Below, in pieces: positions 28,973 through 37,920 of a stretch of DNA of 64,000 nt. Numbering within the stretch: position 1 is the stretch's first letter; each line of letters opens with the position of its first letter. Location: sequence record MH791404.1, one strand, 5' to 3'. The notes below the pieces were generated by a model. That model had not been told where the DNA came from. It was given only the letters and a program-made list of their open reading frames with translations, and did not search any database. A program made the position numbers and the translations under genes.

Positions 28973-29010
28973 AATAAATTCCTCATTAGGATTGATTTCG
29001 TTGTATGGAT

Positions 29011-29039
29011 ACTATCTCATACCATCATTTTGATGTCAA
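29011..29039 (-). promoter_or_regulatory. early promoter
   Basis: TTGACA-17-GATAGT. Confidence 0.7.
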
Positions 29040-29047
29040 CTTGTTTA

Positions 29048-29473
29048 TTACATACTTGCCTGAATTTTTTCGATCTTGAGTTCAAGATCAATAATCTCAG
29101 ACCTCAACTCTTCACATTGAATGCGCTTCATCAGAGTTACGGGTGATGGTAGCGTAGACCAGTCTTCTACATCGTCAGTGTGTTCTGAAAACTTAGAGTT
29201 ACAAGCAGAATATTTGTCGTGGTCGATAAAGATTCCTATGTGGTATCGGTGGAGTTCCATTTCCAATTCATAGTTAGCAATCCGTTCTGGATCGTAGTAA
29301 TCCAACAGTTCTAGTGCCTGTTCGCGTGTAACCTTTTGGAGTGGTACTTTAACTTTGTGATACACATTGTCATATCCACAAACATCCCAGATAACATAGT
29401 TTTTGCCAAATGTGTATGTTTCCACACAAGCAACTGCACCACCACACATTTCATTTAGATCTTCATAACGCAT
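29048..29473 (-). CDS. hypothetical protein
   Basis: ORF tiles run. Confidence 0.75.
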   Translation of the reverse strand: MRYEDLNEMCGGAVACVETYTFGKNYVIWDVCGYDNVYHKVKVPLQKVTREQALELLDYYDPERIANYELEMELHRYHIGIFIDHDKYSACNSKFSEHTDDVEDWSTLPSPVTLMKRIQCEELRSEIIDLELKIEKIQASM

Positions 29474-29474
29474 A

Positions 29475-29666
29475 TCAATACCTCGGATTAATTGTTAGAT
29501 GGAAATCATCGCCACTACACATGTTACCATACGCTTTGACTCCATCGATGTAAACAGATAAACGACCTCCGTCATAACTAATCTCAATACGTTGGAGATT
29601 TTTCACTTTTATCTCTTCTACGGAACACCCACCGGATTGATAATCTTCAAAAATGATATCGCTCAT
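29475..29666 (-). CDS. hypothetical protein
   Basis: ORF tiles run. Confidence 0.7.
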   Translation of the reverse strand: MSDIIFEDYQSGGCSVEEIKVKNLQRIEISYDGGRLSVYIDGVKAYGNMCSGDDFHLTINPRY

Positions 29667-30163
29667 TTCTTTACCCCTTTAATGCGGTTATATTCTGCCA
29701 CGATTACCGGAGTTTGTGCTTTGGCAATATCCTTGGCTTCAATATCATCAACAATTTCGTTTACCATGTTGAAGATTGTACTATTGATTTCTTCTTTGGT
29801 CAACCCCCAATCGAAGTAGTCTTTCAGAATAGGGTCTTTCTTCATCATACCACTCAGACGTTCCATTGCATACTTTACATGTGCTTGGAGTTCTGCGGTT
29901 TTTTCAACGAAGACGATTGACTTAATATTTTTGTGGAACTGTTCCATTACAAGAACTTCGTTCATAACCGTACGAAGATCCCGAAGCACACCAACTTCCA
30001 GTGCATATAATTCTTCACAAATAGTCGCGATACGAACTTCGGCCTTTTTCTGTTGGCCTGTTGGATTTACTAACCCCGCGAAAATTTCTGATGGTGGATA
30101 CATAGCGGTTTTCTTACAGAACACATCAAAAACAGAACCACGGAAATGCGGATAATTCTTCAT
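29663..30163 (-). CDS. hypothetical helical protein
   Basis: ORF tiles run. Confidence 0.75.
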   Translation of the reverse strand: MKNYPHFRGSVFDVFCKKTAMYPPSEIFAGLVNPTGQQKKAEVRIATICEELYALEVGVLRDLRTVMNEVLVMEQFHKNIKSIVFVEKTAELQAHVKYAMERLSGMMKKDPILKDYFDWGLTKEEINSTIFNMVNEIVDDIEAKDIAKAQTPVIVAEYNRIKGVKK

Positions 30164-30165
30164 TC

Positions 30166-30402
30166 TTATTCTCCAAACCTAATATTACGAGGGAAAGAAA
30201 AACCGGTTACTTCTTCGTAACGATTGCGGAAATCTTCGGCCCAATCTTCTGGCTTCTTACCACTGATATAGTCGTAAAATGACGACTCATCACCAAAAGA
30301 AATTTCGATGGTTTCCATACAACGACGTTCATGAGCAACCAACATATGCTTTTCAACTTCACTACCGGGAGTTCCAACTGGATAATCAAGAATATNTTTC
30401 AT
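30166..30402 (-). CDS. hypothetical protein
   Basis: AAGGAG SD. Confidence 0.75.
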   Translation of the reverse strand: MKXILDYPVGTPGSEVEKHMLVAHERRCMETIEISFGDESSFYDYISGKKPEDWAEDFRNRYEEVTGFSFPRNIRFGE

Positions 30403-30423
30403 ATTTGTCTCCTTTGTTTTGAN

Positions 30424-30460
30424 GGGGCTAGTGTCTCATAAGCCCCAATCNGNTGTCAAC
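30424..30460 (-). promoter_or_regulatory. early promoter with IR around -10 (ambiguous bases)
   Basis: TTGACA...GACACT; IR ggggct/agcccc. Confidence 0.5.
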
Positions 30461-30706
30461 NAAAAACNTCNAAGAATTTTTCTAGTTCCCANTCATATAC
30501 ACACAGAGAGAANGGATANAGAAATGGTTCTTGTTTATTATCTTCATAGAAGATATATCCCTGTGGGTTTGTTTGATTGGGATCTTTTTCAACAAATATA
30601 TTATTTTCATTATTGAAAAACCAACGAACNNNNNNNNNNNNNNNNNNNNNNNNNNNNNNNNNNNNNNNNNNNNNNNNNNNNNNNCCTTAAGATAACACGT
30701 TTCATT

Positions 30707-30985
30707 TTACACCCGCACATATTCAATGATGACTTTTTCTACTGGTTTTACTTCGAATACTTCAACCATATCAGGTTCACTTTCGAATGGACGTTCATCC
30801 TGCATTTCTGTAAGACCAACACTATAATTAACAGCCCAATAACGGTCGTCGCCAAGCATACGAAACACCATTGTATGGTACTCAGACCAGCGTCCGGAAC
30901 CAGTCACTTCATTATCCAGAACTTCCCACCCTTCCGGACAATCATCCCAACACATCTCTCGTAAAATACTTTTTTCTACTTTCAT
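30707..30985 (-). CDS. hypothetical acidic protein
   Basis: ORF tiles run. Confidence 0.75.
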   Translation of the reverse strand: MKVEKSILREMCWDDCPEGWEVLDNEVTGSGRWSEYHTMVFRMLGDDRYWAVNYSVGLTEMQDERPFESEPDMVEVFEVKPVEKVIIEYVRV

Positions 30986-31293
30986 TTCATAGCACCTTCA
31001 ATAGTTTCGGAAAGACATCCACCACCGTTATACCACAAGGAAATACAATCAATGGTTCCATCTACATTACACTCAACGTCAGTATAACCACATGGGTCTA
31101 GTTCTTTATAAGAAATAACGCGATACACTTTATCGTTTAAGATCATGAATTCTTTTTCTGTTACCAGCTCATAAAATGCATCCCGTGGGTCAACGCTTTC
31201 ATCCCTCCAATTAGGAATGTTTGCTTCAAGAAACGACTCCACTCCCAACCCAGTTGTGATTATCTTACACTTCACAAATTCCATACTACTCAT
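30982..31293 (-). CDS. hypothetical protein
   Basis: ORF tiles run. Confidence 0.75.
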   Translation of the reverse strand: MSSMEFVKCKIITTGLGVESFLEANIPNWRDESVDPRDAFYELVTEKEFMILNDKVYRVISYKELDPCGYTDVECNVDGTIDCISLWYNGGGCLSETIEGAMK

Positions 31294-31765
31294 CGTTATA
31301 CCTCATAAAATATGCATACATGGAATGGTTAGTATCATTAGTAACCTCTTCCTTAAACCAGTATGGAATTTTATCAAAAGCTAATGCTTCTTCCACACTA
31401 TTAAACTCGATTTCCGCATACACACATGAGAAATCTTCCATCAGATCAACCTCAATCGTTACATCTTCACATGGGATCTTATATCTGGTCTTCCGAACTG
31501 GTTTACTATTTTGACCATTGATGATTTCCCAAAACTCATCATGTCCCATATCAGTTTCTATTTCTTCGCGATCTAGCCCGAAACCGGTTTTGATAGTTTT
31601 TATATACCAATGACTACCATAGTAGTCCTCACAATGACGATAACGAACACCGTCAATATACCATTGCTCTTGATGTTCAAGTTCTTCCTCGAACATATCA
31701 ATCGCATACCATGGGATCATAGGTCTATCAACCACCCATTTCCTTTCAATCTCACGAGCCATCAT
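31286..31765 (-). CDS. CYTH-domain (triphosphate tunnel metalloenzyme) protein
   Basis: EIERKW, RYR, REEIE, VRKTRY, EVD, YAEIEF motifs. Confidence 0.85.
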   Translation of the reverse strand: MMAREIERKWVVDRPMIPWYAIDMFEEELEHQEQWYIDGVRYRHCEDYYGSHWYIKTIKTGFGLDREEIETDMGHDEFWEIINGQNSKPVRKTRYKIPCEDVTIEVDLMEDFSCVYAEIEFNSVEEALAFDKIPYWFKEEVTNDTNHSMYAYFMRYNDE

Positions 31766-32142
31766 TTCCCCTTAATAGACCTTTGAATATCTTTACCCCA
31801 CCGTGTTTTTGCACCGGATACATCGATAATGGTATGATTCCAAAATTTACGATTTGATTTTACTTTTTCGAAATTTCCATCATGGATTTGTCTATAATTG
31901 TCCAACCAACCACTACGAACAAATGAAGGAACACGAATATCTTTAAATGCACTTTGGATCTTATTATCGTTTTTTGCAAACGTGATGATTGTGGAATTTA
32001 TTGTTTCCCTAACGTCACAACCTTTTGTGAATGTAACAGGAATCTCTGGGGTATCAATTAACACCAGACAATTCATGGAATCGTAATAAGAGATCTCTAC
32101 AACCAGATCTAGTGTATCAGTTTTCTTTAACCAATTTAACAT
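31762..32142 (-). CDS. hypothetical protein
   Basis: AAGGAG SD. Confidence 0.75.
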   Translation of the reverse strand: MLNWLKKTDTLDLVVEISYYDSMNCLVLIDTPEIPVTFTKGCDVRETINSTIITFAKNDNKIQSAFKDIRVPSFVRSGWLDNYRQIHDGNFEKVKSNRKFWNHTIIDVSGAKTRWGKDIQRSIKGK

Positions 32143-32160
32143 TTTTACTCCTTAAAATAC

Positions 32161-32200
32161 GAACGTAGTGAGTACGCCTTCGGCGGTTCGCTTCGCTCTC
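32161..32200. other. cluster of GNA-triloop mini-hairpins
   Basis: ac-GTA-gt (+), cgcc-GAA-ggcg (-), gc-GAA-gc (-). Confidence 0.6.
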
Positions 32201-32217
32201 TAATTATAGATCTTCTA

Positions 32218-32225
32218 TATAAATA
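32218..32225 (+). promoter_or_regulatory. T4-type late promoter consensus on the plus strand
   Basis: Exact TATAAATA in an intergenic gap. Confidence 0.45.
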
Positions 32226-32268
32226 CTTATAGAGATTTTATATTTTGATTTCAGGTGATACTACCTCA

Positions 32269-32349
32269 TAGGAAGCTCTACAATCAATTCTATTCAAAAC
32301 CGATACAAAGTTATAGGATTACTTTTAGAATTGATTGTAGAGCTTCCTA
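32269..32349. repeat. perfect 24-bp inverted repeat, 33-nt spacer
   Basis: taggaagctctacaatcaattcta / tagaattgattgtagagcttccta. Confidence 0.95.
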
Positions 32350-32358
32350 GGGGCTTAA

Positions 32359-32622
32359 TTAAACGAAATCTAGATAGTTATCTACTTCGTCTTTGAACAT
32401 AACTGTGAATGTAGAACCTTCGTCAAACGGTCGGAACCCATTTACCGCTTTGATTTCATTTTTATCGGTAAATTCTACCTCAAATACCTCGTCTGGTGCA
32501 ATATTAGAAAAGATATCATGTACGTCCTTGCTTGCCCACGAGGTTTCTGATGTCACAATTTCATCACTAATTGTAGACATAAATTCATCATAGCATTGGT
32601 CACTTTTAAAACGTACTTTCAT
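32359..32622 (-). CDS. MKIRFK-family protein
   Basis: MKVRFKSD...F...FEVE...F..EVDNYL. Confidence 0.75.
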   Translation of the reverse strand: MKVRFKSDQCYDEFMSTISDEIVTSETSWASKDVHDIFSNIAPDEVFEVEFTDKNEIKAVNGFRPFDEGSTFTVMFKDEVDNYLDFV

Positions 32623-32624
32623 CT

Positions 32625-33110
32625 TTATTCCTCGATAGCAAAAATTTTATAATTGGAAGGGAAAATTAACTCAATCAACGGGAATTTTATTTCAGGCATA
32701 CGTGCGATTGCAACCATATTACCCTCGGCAATAAAATCCTCAGAACGAATAACACCATTTTCTATCCACACAGCAGTAAACATACCGCTTTCAGGGATAA
32801 ACCCTTGCTCTACTAGTTTAGGCTCTTTCATATTAACCTCTTGATGTGGGGGGTCTACCTCAACGATAACCTTTTCCACAATATCACTCATGCTAAACAT
32901 TAACCAACCGGGGATCCCAATATCATTAACCGTGTCAATGGTTTGTTCCCAACGGTCACTCATGACACATTTCATCGGGGTATCAATATTGTAAATCTCA
33001 TCAACTATTGGCTTGTACTGTTCCAGATCAAATCCAAGTTGTTTATAAAAATCCTTTTTCCAATCTTCTTTGGATTTATCGTCTTTCCATACAAAATATT
33101 TTACTTTCAT
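32625..33110 (-). CDS. two-domain protein (MKIRFK-like plus MK.v..P..G-like)
   Basis: WKDDKSKEDW N-terminus; FIPESGMFTAVW C-terminal module. Confidence 0.65.
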   Translation of the reverse strand: MKVKYFVWKDDKSKEDWKKDFYKQLGFDLEQYKPIVDEIYNIDTPMKCVMSDRWEQTIDTVNDIGIPGWLMFSMSDIVEKVIVEVDPPHQEVNMKEPKLVEQGFIPESGMFTAVWIENGVIRSEDFIAEGNMVAIARMPEIKFPLIELIFPSNYKIFAIEE

Positions 33111-33388
33111 TTGAAAAGTTTCTCCACTTCATCCTTCGATAATTCCACCAAAAAATTCTCGATGTCGTCGGTCGTGAAGATTGATACGCCATAATCGTAA
33201 TCAATCCCATCGATTTTCATTACATGGTTTCGACCTTGGTAGGTATCACATCCACAAACAAGAACCTCAAGATTCATCACGTCGTTGGAGATTGCAACTA
33301 GCTTTTGATAACCACTAGCGGAAATAGACCATTTGTCTTTCGACGATTCATCCTTCCAACGATACACACGCAATACATGATTACTCAT
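33107..33388 (-). CDS. hypothetical protein related to N-terminus of 32625-33110
   Basis: YRWKDESSKDKW. Confidence 0.65.
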   Translation of the reverse strand: MSNHVLRVYRWKDESSKDKWSISASGYQKLVAISNDVMNLEVLVCGCDTYQGRNHVMKIDGIDYDYGVSIFTTDDIENFLVELSKDEVEKLFK

Positions 33389-33398
33389 ATCAACAGCC

Positions 33399-33653
33399 TT
33401 ATTCAAACCGGATGGTGGAATTTTTAAAGAGCAAACCAGAACAGACAGCACCGTTTACAACCTGACCAGATGCTTGATTTACTGCGGTAAACTTGGTTGC
33501 AAAGGTGTCTTTTTCACTACAGCTAAACCAAGCATAACCACCCACATGAACGTTTGTATATCCGTTTTGGGTCAATACACGACGGGCTCCGTCTGCATCA
33601 GTACAGGCAGATAAGGACAGTACAGCAAGGATTGCGATAATCATCTTTTTCAT
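33399..33653 (-). CDS. lipoprotein
   Basis: Signal peptide with lipobox LSAC. Confidence 0.85.
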   Translation of the reverse strand: MKKMIIAILAVLSLSACTDADGARRVLTQNGYTNVHVGGYAWFSCSEKDTFATKFTAVNQASGQVVNGAVCSGLLFKNSTIRFE

Positions 33654-33789
33654 TTCTATTTCTCCATTTGTTCAATTAAAATACTAAGTCCAGACACGGA
33701 ATCTTCAAGAAGATCTACGTTTTCACTCTGGAATACATCTGAGTTTACTATAGCCAAGATACCAAGTAAAGTACCTATTATCAAATATT

Positions 33790-34140
33790 TCATTGTTCAA
33801 CACCGGTAACCGATTCAAACTTCCCTTCTGTGATAAGGAATGTGATCTTATCGGAACAATGGTACACCATTTTTACTGGGACTTTCCCATTAATCTTGAA
33901 TTCATATTCTACACGGACAACACCAGAATTAAAAGGGGTTTCCACAATATCGATTTTCCCCAGATGTTCTTTACGAAGGTCTTTCAAGGTACGGACAATA
34001 TCAAACTTCAATTCGTCCGGAATGGCCGCAACTGCATCATAAAAGTCCTGTTCCTGAACTTTTCGTATCTGGCTTTTGATTACGTTGATGAACTTTTCGA
34101 TTGATTTGTTGTTTACGTTATCGATACGAGATTGTTTCAT
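33790..34140 (-). CDS. hypothetical protein
   Basis: ORF tiles run. Confidence 0.75.
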   Translation of the reverse strand: MKQSRIDNVNNKSIEKFINVIKSQIRKVQEQDFYDAVAAIPDELKFDIVRTLKDLRKEHLGKIDIVETPFNSGVVRVEYEFKINGKVPVKMVYHCSDKITFLITEGKFESVTGVEQ

Positions 34141-34142
34141 TT

Positions 34143-34373
34143 TTAGCTCCTAGATTTAAATGTAAACATCACAGAAACATGTGGACTTCTATCGTGGGTT
34201 GGGATCATCGACCAACATAATACATCATAACCTTTTGCCGATGCAATAGGGTATAGATCATTCAGTAAAGATTCTACCGAACTCTCGAATGCTCGATATT
34301 CGTATTTTTTCAGAGACTCAAACTCTCTTGACAATTGAACAAATGATTTTACAACAAATTTACCAGTCCACAT
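34143..34373 (-). CDS. hypothetical protein
   Basis: ORF tiles run. Confidence 0.7.
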   Translation of the reverse strand: MWTGKFVVKSFVQLSREFESLKKYEYRAFESSVESLLNDLYPIASAKGYDVLCWSMIPTHDRSPHVSVMFTFKSRS

Positions 34374-34375
34374 AA

Positions 34376-34666
34376 TTAAACCCTCTCCAACATTGGAAGA
34401 ATGAGAGTGTGTAACATATCCATATAAGTCTGATAGTAGATGTCTTTATGGATCTCTTTTAGATATTCCATGGTGTCCCGCCCGTTGAAAGACCAGCTAA
34501 CAACCGCAGCATTATCAATCTCTCTCAACGGGTTTCCGTTGAAATTAACAACGATGAAATTCTCACTTCGTGGGATCTCGATGAGCCATTCGTTTTTCCC
34601 AGCCAACGATTTACCTTTTGAAACCACAACTTTTCGTACATCTTCATTGATAAATTGGATTTTCAT
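34376..34666 (-). CDS. hypothetical protein
   Basis: GAGGT SD downstream of promoter. Confidence 0.75.
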   Translation of the reverse strand: MKIQFINEDVRKVVVSKGKSLAGKNEWLIEIPRSENFIVVNFNGNPLREIDNAAVVSWSFNGRDTMEYLKEIHKDIYYQTYMDMLHTLILPMLERV

Positions 34667-34690
34667 AAAACACCTCTCGTTTGAGAATCC

Positions 34691-34740
34691 ATAGTACCAG
34701 AAACAAAAATGGAGTCAAGCGATTTCTCGCAAGACTCCAT
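34691..34740 (-). terminator. GAAA-tetraloop terminator fused to early promoter
   Basis: AUGGAGUC-UU-GCGA-GAAA-UCGC-UU-GACUCCAU-UUUU; TTGACT-16-TACTAT. Confidence 0.75.
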
Positions 34741-34744
34741 AAAA

Positions 34745-35077
34745 TTATTTCTTGAGCATACCAGTAAGTTTGTTGTGTGCTAGGTTAAAGCTTTGTTGTG
34801 TATCTGACTGAGACCGTTTCCAAGTAATCTTACCAAAATCCTCGATAGGACTGATGTTAACCTTGGTGATATCTACGTTTTCTTTTACCCAACGCTTCCA
34901 TTCTCCCATCTGGATTTCATGGAAGCGTTTTGCCTCACGCATACCGGCAGTATTCATTTTTGCTTGAACACTGTTCAGAATAGAAATGTATTGGTTTATA
35001 ATCCGGTTATAATCTTTTGATGTTTTCATTTGAAACGATTCGTCGATTCGTTCGAAAAATTCTTTATTCTTTAACAT
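34745..35077 (-). CDS. putative internal head protein
   Basis: N-terminal MLKNKEFFE resembles T4 capsid-targeting sequence and the neighbour's MLKTKELFE; basic. Confidence 0.55.
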   Translation of the reverse strand: MLKNKEFFERIDESFQMKTSKDYNRIINQYISILNSVQAKMNTAGMREAKRFHEIQMGEWKRWVKENVDITKVNISPIEDFGKITWKRSQSDTQQSFNLAHNKLTGMLKK

Positions 35078-35483
35078 TTTAGTAATCCTCNNNNNNNNNN
35101 NNNNNNNNNNNNNNNNNNNNNNNNNNNNNNNNNNNNNNNNNNNNNNNNNNNNNNNNNNNNNNNNNNNNNNNNNNNNNNNNNNNNNNNNNNNNNNNNNNNN
35201 NNNNNNNNNNNNNNNNNNNNNNNNNNNNNNNNNNNNNNNNNNNNNNNNNNNNNNNNNNNNNNNNNNNNNNNNNNNNNNNNNNNNNNNNNNNNNNNNNNNN
35301 NNNNNNNNNNNNNNNNNNNNNNNNNNNNNNNNNNNNNNNNNNNNNNNNNNNNNNNNNNNNNNNNNNNNNNNNNNNNNNNNNNNNNNNNNNNNNNNNNNNN
35401 NNNNNNNNNNNNNNNNNNNNNNNNNNNNNNNNNNNNNNNNNNNNNNNNNNNNNNNNNNNNNNNNNNNNNNNNNNNNNNNNNNN

Positions 35484-36003
35484 AATCTATATCAGAACCA
35501 ATGATATTCTTGGCTTCATTTAGCATAGACTCAAACTCGTCTTGTATCATAAGAGATTCAACGAGCGATTCCATCATTGCGCTTTTTTGTCCAGCAGCTT
35601 GTTGTTTATGAGAAATTTTACCACCAGTTCCTTTTGGGAACACAGTTACTATATTGATTTCTCGACCCTTTACAGAACCAACTACAGAGCGGTTTTCCGA
35701 TTGGGAATGGAACATATAAGTACCATTCTTAATCTTGTTTGCTTCTACGTGTTTTACCATCTTTCGAGCAAAATCTTTCCACTCTTCCGCCGTTTTAGCA
35801 GCGGCTCGCTGGTGTGCGCGAGCTTGAGCATGAACAGAACTTTGAACCTTAAACGCACCAACCCGCATAGAAACAGGTAGCTTTGATTGTTTGCTAAGTT
35901 CGAATTCCTGATCTTTAGTAAGTTCGACCTTTTGATTTCGGCTTTGTGTCATTTGTTCATCAAACCGGGTCAGGGTTTCGAACAATTCTTTAGTTTTCAA
36001 CAT
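35484..36003 (-). CDS. putative internal head protein with RegB/BECR-like RNase motif (3' end in N gap)
   Basis: MLKTKELFE; FKVQSSVHAQARAHQR; C-terminal INIVTVF strand. Confidence 0.55.
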
Positions 36004-36031
36004 GTTGTTTTCCTTTCGTAGATCTACATAT

Positions 36032-36169
36032 CTATTTAGGAAGTAGGAAAACCTCAACAAGAACAGCAATAATACTCACACCAACCACAATAACCTTATG
36101 TTTCTTTTTCTTCGATACCATAAAAGCAGTACCTAAACCAAACCCGGTTGCAAACAGAGCAAAAGTCAT
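36032..36169 (-). CDS. small membrane protein, 45 aa
   Basis: Read by hand; two hydrophobic segments. Confidence 0.55.
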   Translation of the reverse strand: MTFALFATGFGLGTAFMVSKKKKHKVIVVGVSIIAVLVEVFLLPK

Positions 36170-36178
36170 AACATCCCC

Positions 36179-36319
36179 TTAAGACATGGCAAGAAGAGAT
36201 ATGGAAGAAAGCCCAGCTACGATATAGCCAGTAGTGAAAGCGCGTTGATATGCTGCGCGGGTAGCCTGTACCGATTTTACGAAACAAACACCAGCAACAA
36301 AACCAAGTGCGATTACCAT
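36179..36319 (-). CDS. small membrane protein
   Basis: Start MVIALG after AAGGAAG. Confidence 0.55.
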   Translation of the reverse strand: MVIALGFVAGVCFVKSVQATRAAYQRAFTTGYIVAGLSSISLLAMS

Positions 36320-36385
36320 ATCTTTCTTCCTTCTCGTTAGTTGATATGAGTAGTATACACGAGTTAGATATGAGATCAACTACTT

Positions 36386-36772
36386 TTAAAAAAGAATTTT
36401 CACGATAGTAAAAATTATTGCGTAATGAACAAGATGGTGTGCCATTTGATCTAGCCCGAGATGATACCAAAATACCGGCTCTTGTGGTGTGTGACCTCGA
36501 CTTAATTCAACTTTCATTTTATCAATAAAGAAGTGAGAGATAAAATCAAAAAGAGTAAGACCGAGTACAGCCCATATGTTCAAACCCATAATGATCGCAA
36601 CGAACATTGTCATTAATGCATGTACAGTACAATGTGCAGCCAGTGGTGTAACCCAACCAACCTCTTTAAATTTCCCAAGCATATACTTACCTTGTAGAAG
36701 GTAATCTGCTGAGTAATGCTTTATTTGGTAAAACACCAATAACCCAAAAATTGTGCTAATAGGTTCAATCAT
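36386..36772 (-). CDS. DUF3307-like membrane protein
   Basis: H..AD..LQ, H...H, HF.ID..K, DQ..H motifs. Confidence 0.8.
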   Translation of the reverse strand: MIEPISTIFGLLVFYQIKHYSADYLLQGKYMLGKFKEVGWVTPLAAHCTVHALMTMFVAIIMGLNIWAVLGLTLFDFISHFFIDKMKVELSRGHTPQEPVFWYHLGLDQMAHHLVHYAIIFTIVKILF

Positions 36773-37920
36773 TTTAAAAAGTCCTTACAAACAATGTGCT
36801 CGTCAAATACTTCTGGATACCCGAGAAGGTTCGCCAGACGTTGACGACAGGCTACCACGTTAGATTCAACTATGTCAAACCCGAATATCTGGTTAGCGAT
36901 AGTTTCCTTGTCATGCCCCATATCTAACCGACGTTCTGCGATACGGTATAGGATATTCCCATCACCACACGCCGGATCACAGAATGACCCATCCCAGTTA
37001 ACAACACGGTCAAGTAACATATCAGTAACCACGTCTGGGGTAAACACCTCGTGTGTGGATTTCTGGCGCTCTAAATCAAACTCAGAAGCAACTCGATTCT
37101 TATCCTCTGTGTGCGTCCCTGAATGGTATCTACCTCGCGTTTCTACGTCATAGTAGGGTAACACACCCATATAACCACAAATCCAATCACGAATCGTTGG
37201 GAGAGGTTTGGTGAGGTCTGGGTACGGTACTGATGCTAGGGTTCCAGAATCGAGGTGTTGATTATTCTTATACAGTGCCAAGAACACCCTAGCATAATCA
37301 GATTTGATATAATCCAAGAACTTATTAGCTTCTTCTAAAGTATCAAATCCATAGTGGTGCCATTTAAGATTTGGTTTCGTTTCAACAGAATATTCTTTTG
37401 GAACCATAGTAAAGAAATCCGCGTTAAACCTTTCACCTGCTATTGGTACGTGTCCACGGATTAATCCAATGTTAACGAAATAGTTTCCTTCTGGATTCTG
37501 GCTATTTAAAAGGTTCTTTTGAATTGGTAGCGCTTCATATAGCTTTAAGATCTGGGTTCCGAAATAGTTTAGTTCATCAACCTTCATCCTATTTCTGCCA
37601 TTAGTCATAGGCCCATATACATCGATATACCCATCAAATGGGATACCCATTATTGTATGGGTTATGGATAATGGAACAAACAACCCAGCAGAAAAATAAA
37701 GGTTACCATCGATTAGTTCCATCGATGTTATGTTTTCTCCAACCACACTTTTAAATTCAACCACACGTTTCTGTTCTTTTACCGGGCGACGATTGAAAAA
37801 TGGTGCAGATGGATGCACACAAATTATCTCTCTCCCAATACAACTCGCTTTGTTAAAGAAGTCTAAGTGAAGATTCCTGTTATATGGTGGATTCATTATC
37901 ACGTAATCATATGAACTCAT
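36769..37920 (-). CDS. N6A/N4C DNA methyltransferase, circularly permuted
   Basis: N-terminal YDYVIMNPPY; C-terminal EVFTP, FCDPACGDGNIL, GFDI, CKDFLK. Confidence 0.85.
   Translation of the reverse strand: MSSYDYVIMNPPYNRNLHLDFFNKASCIGREIICVHPSAPFFNRRPVKEQKRVVEFKSVVGENITSMELIDGNLYFSAGLFVPLSITHTIMGIPFDGYIDVYGPMTNGRNRMKVDELNYFGTQILKLYEALPIQKNLLNSQNPEGNYFVNIGLIRGHVPIAGERFNADFFTMVPKEYSVETKPNLKWHHYGFDTLEEANKFLDYIKSDYARVFLALYKNNQHLDSGTLASVPYPDLTKPLPTIRDWICGYMGVLPYYDVETRGRYHSGTHTEDKNRVASEFDLERQKSTHEVFTPDVVTDMLLDRVVNWDGSFCDPACGDGNILYRIAERRLDMGHDKETIANQIFGFDIVESNVVACRQRLANLLGYPEVFDEHIVCKDFLK

Noticed and set aside
33655-33790. Broken small secreted-type ORF (MKYLIIGTLLGILAIV...)
   Set aside because: Needs removal of one A in an A4 run; treated as further evidence of homopolymer errors, not biology
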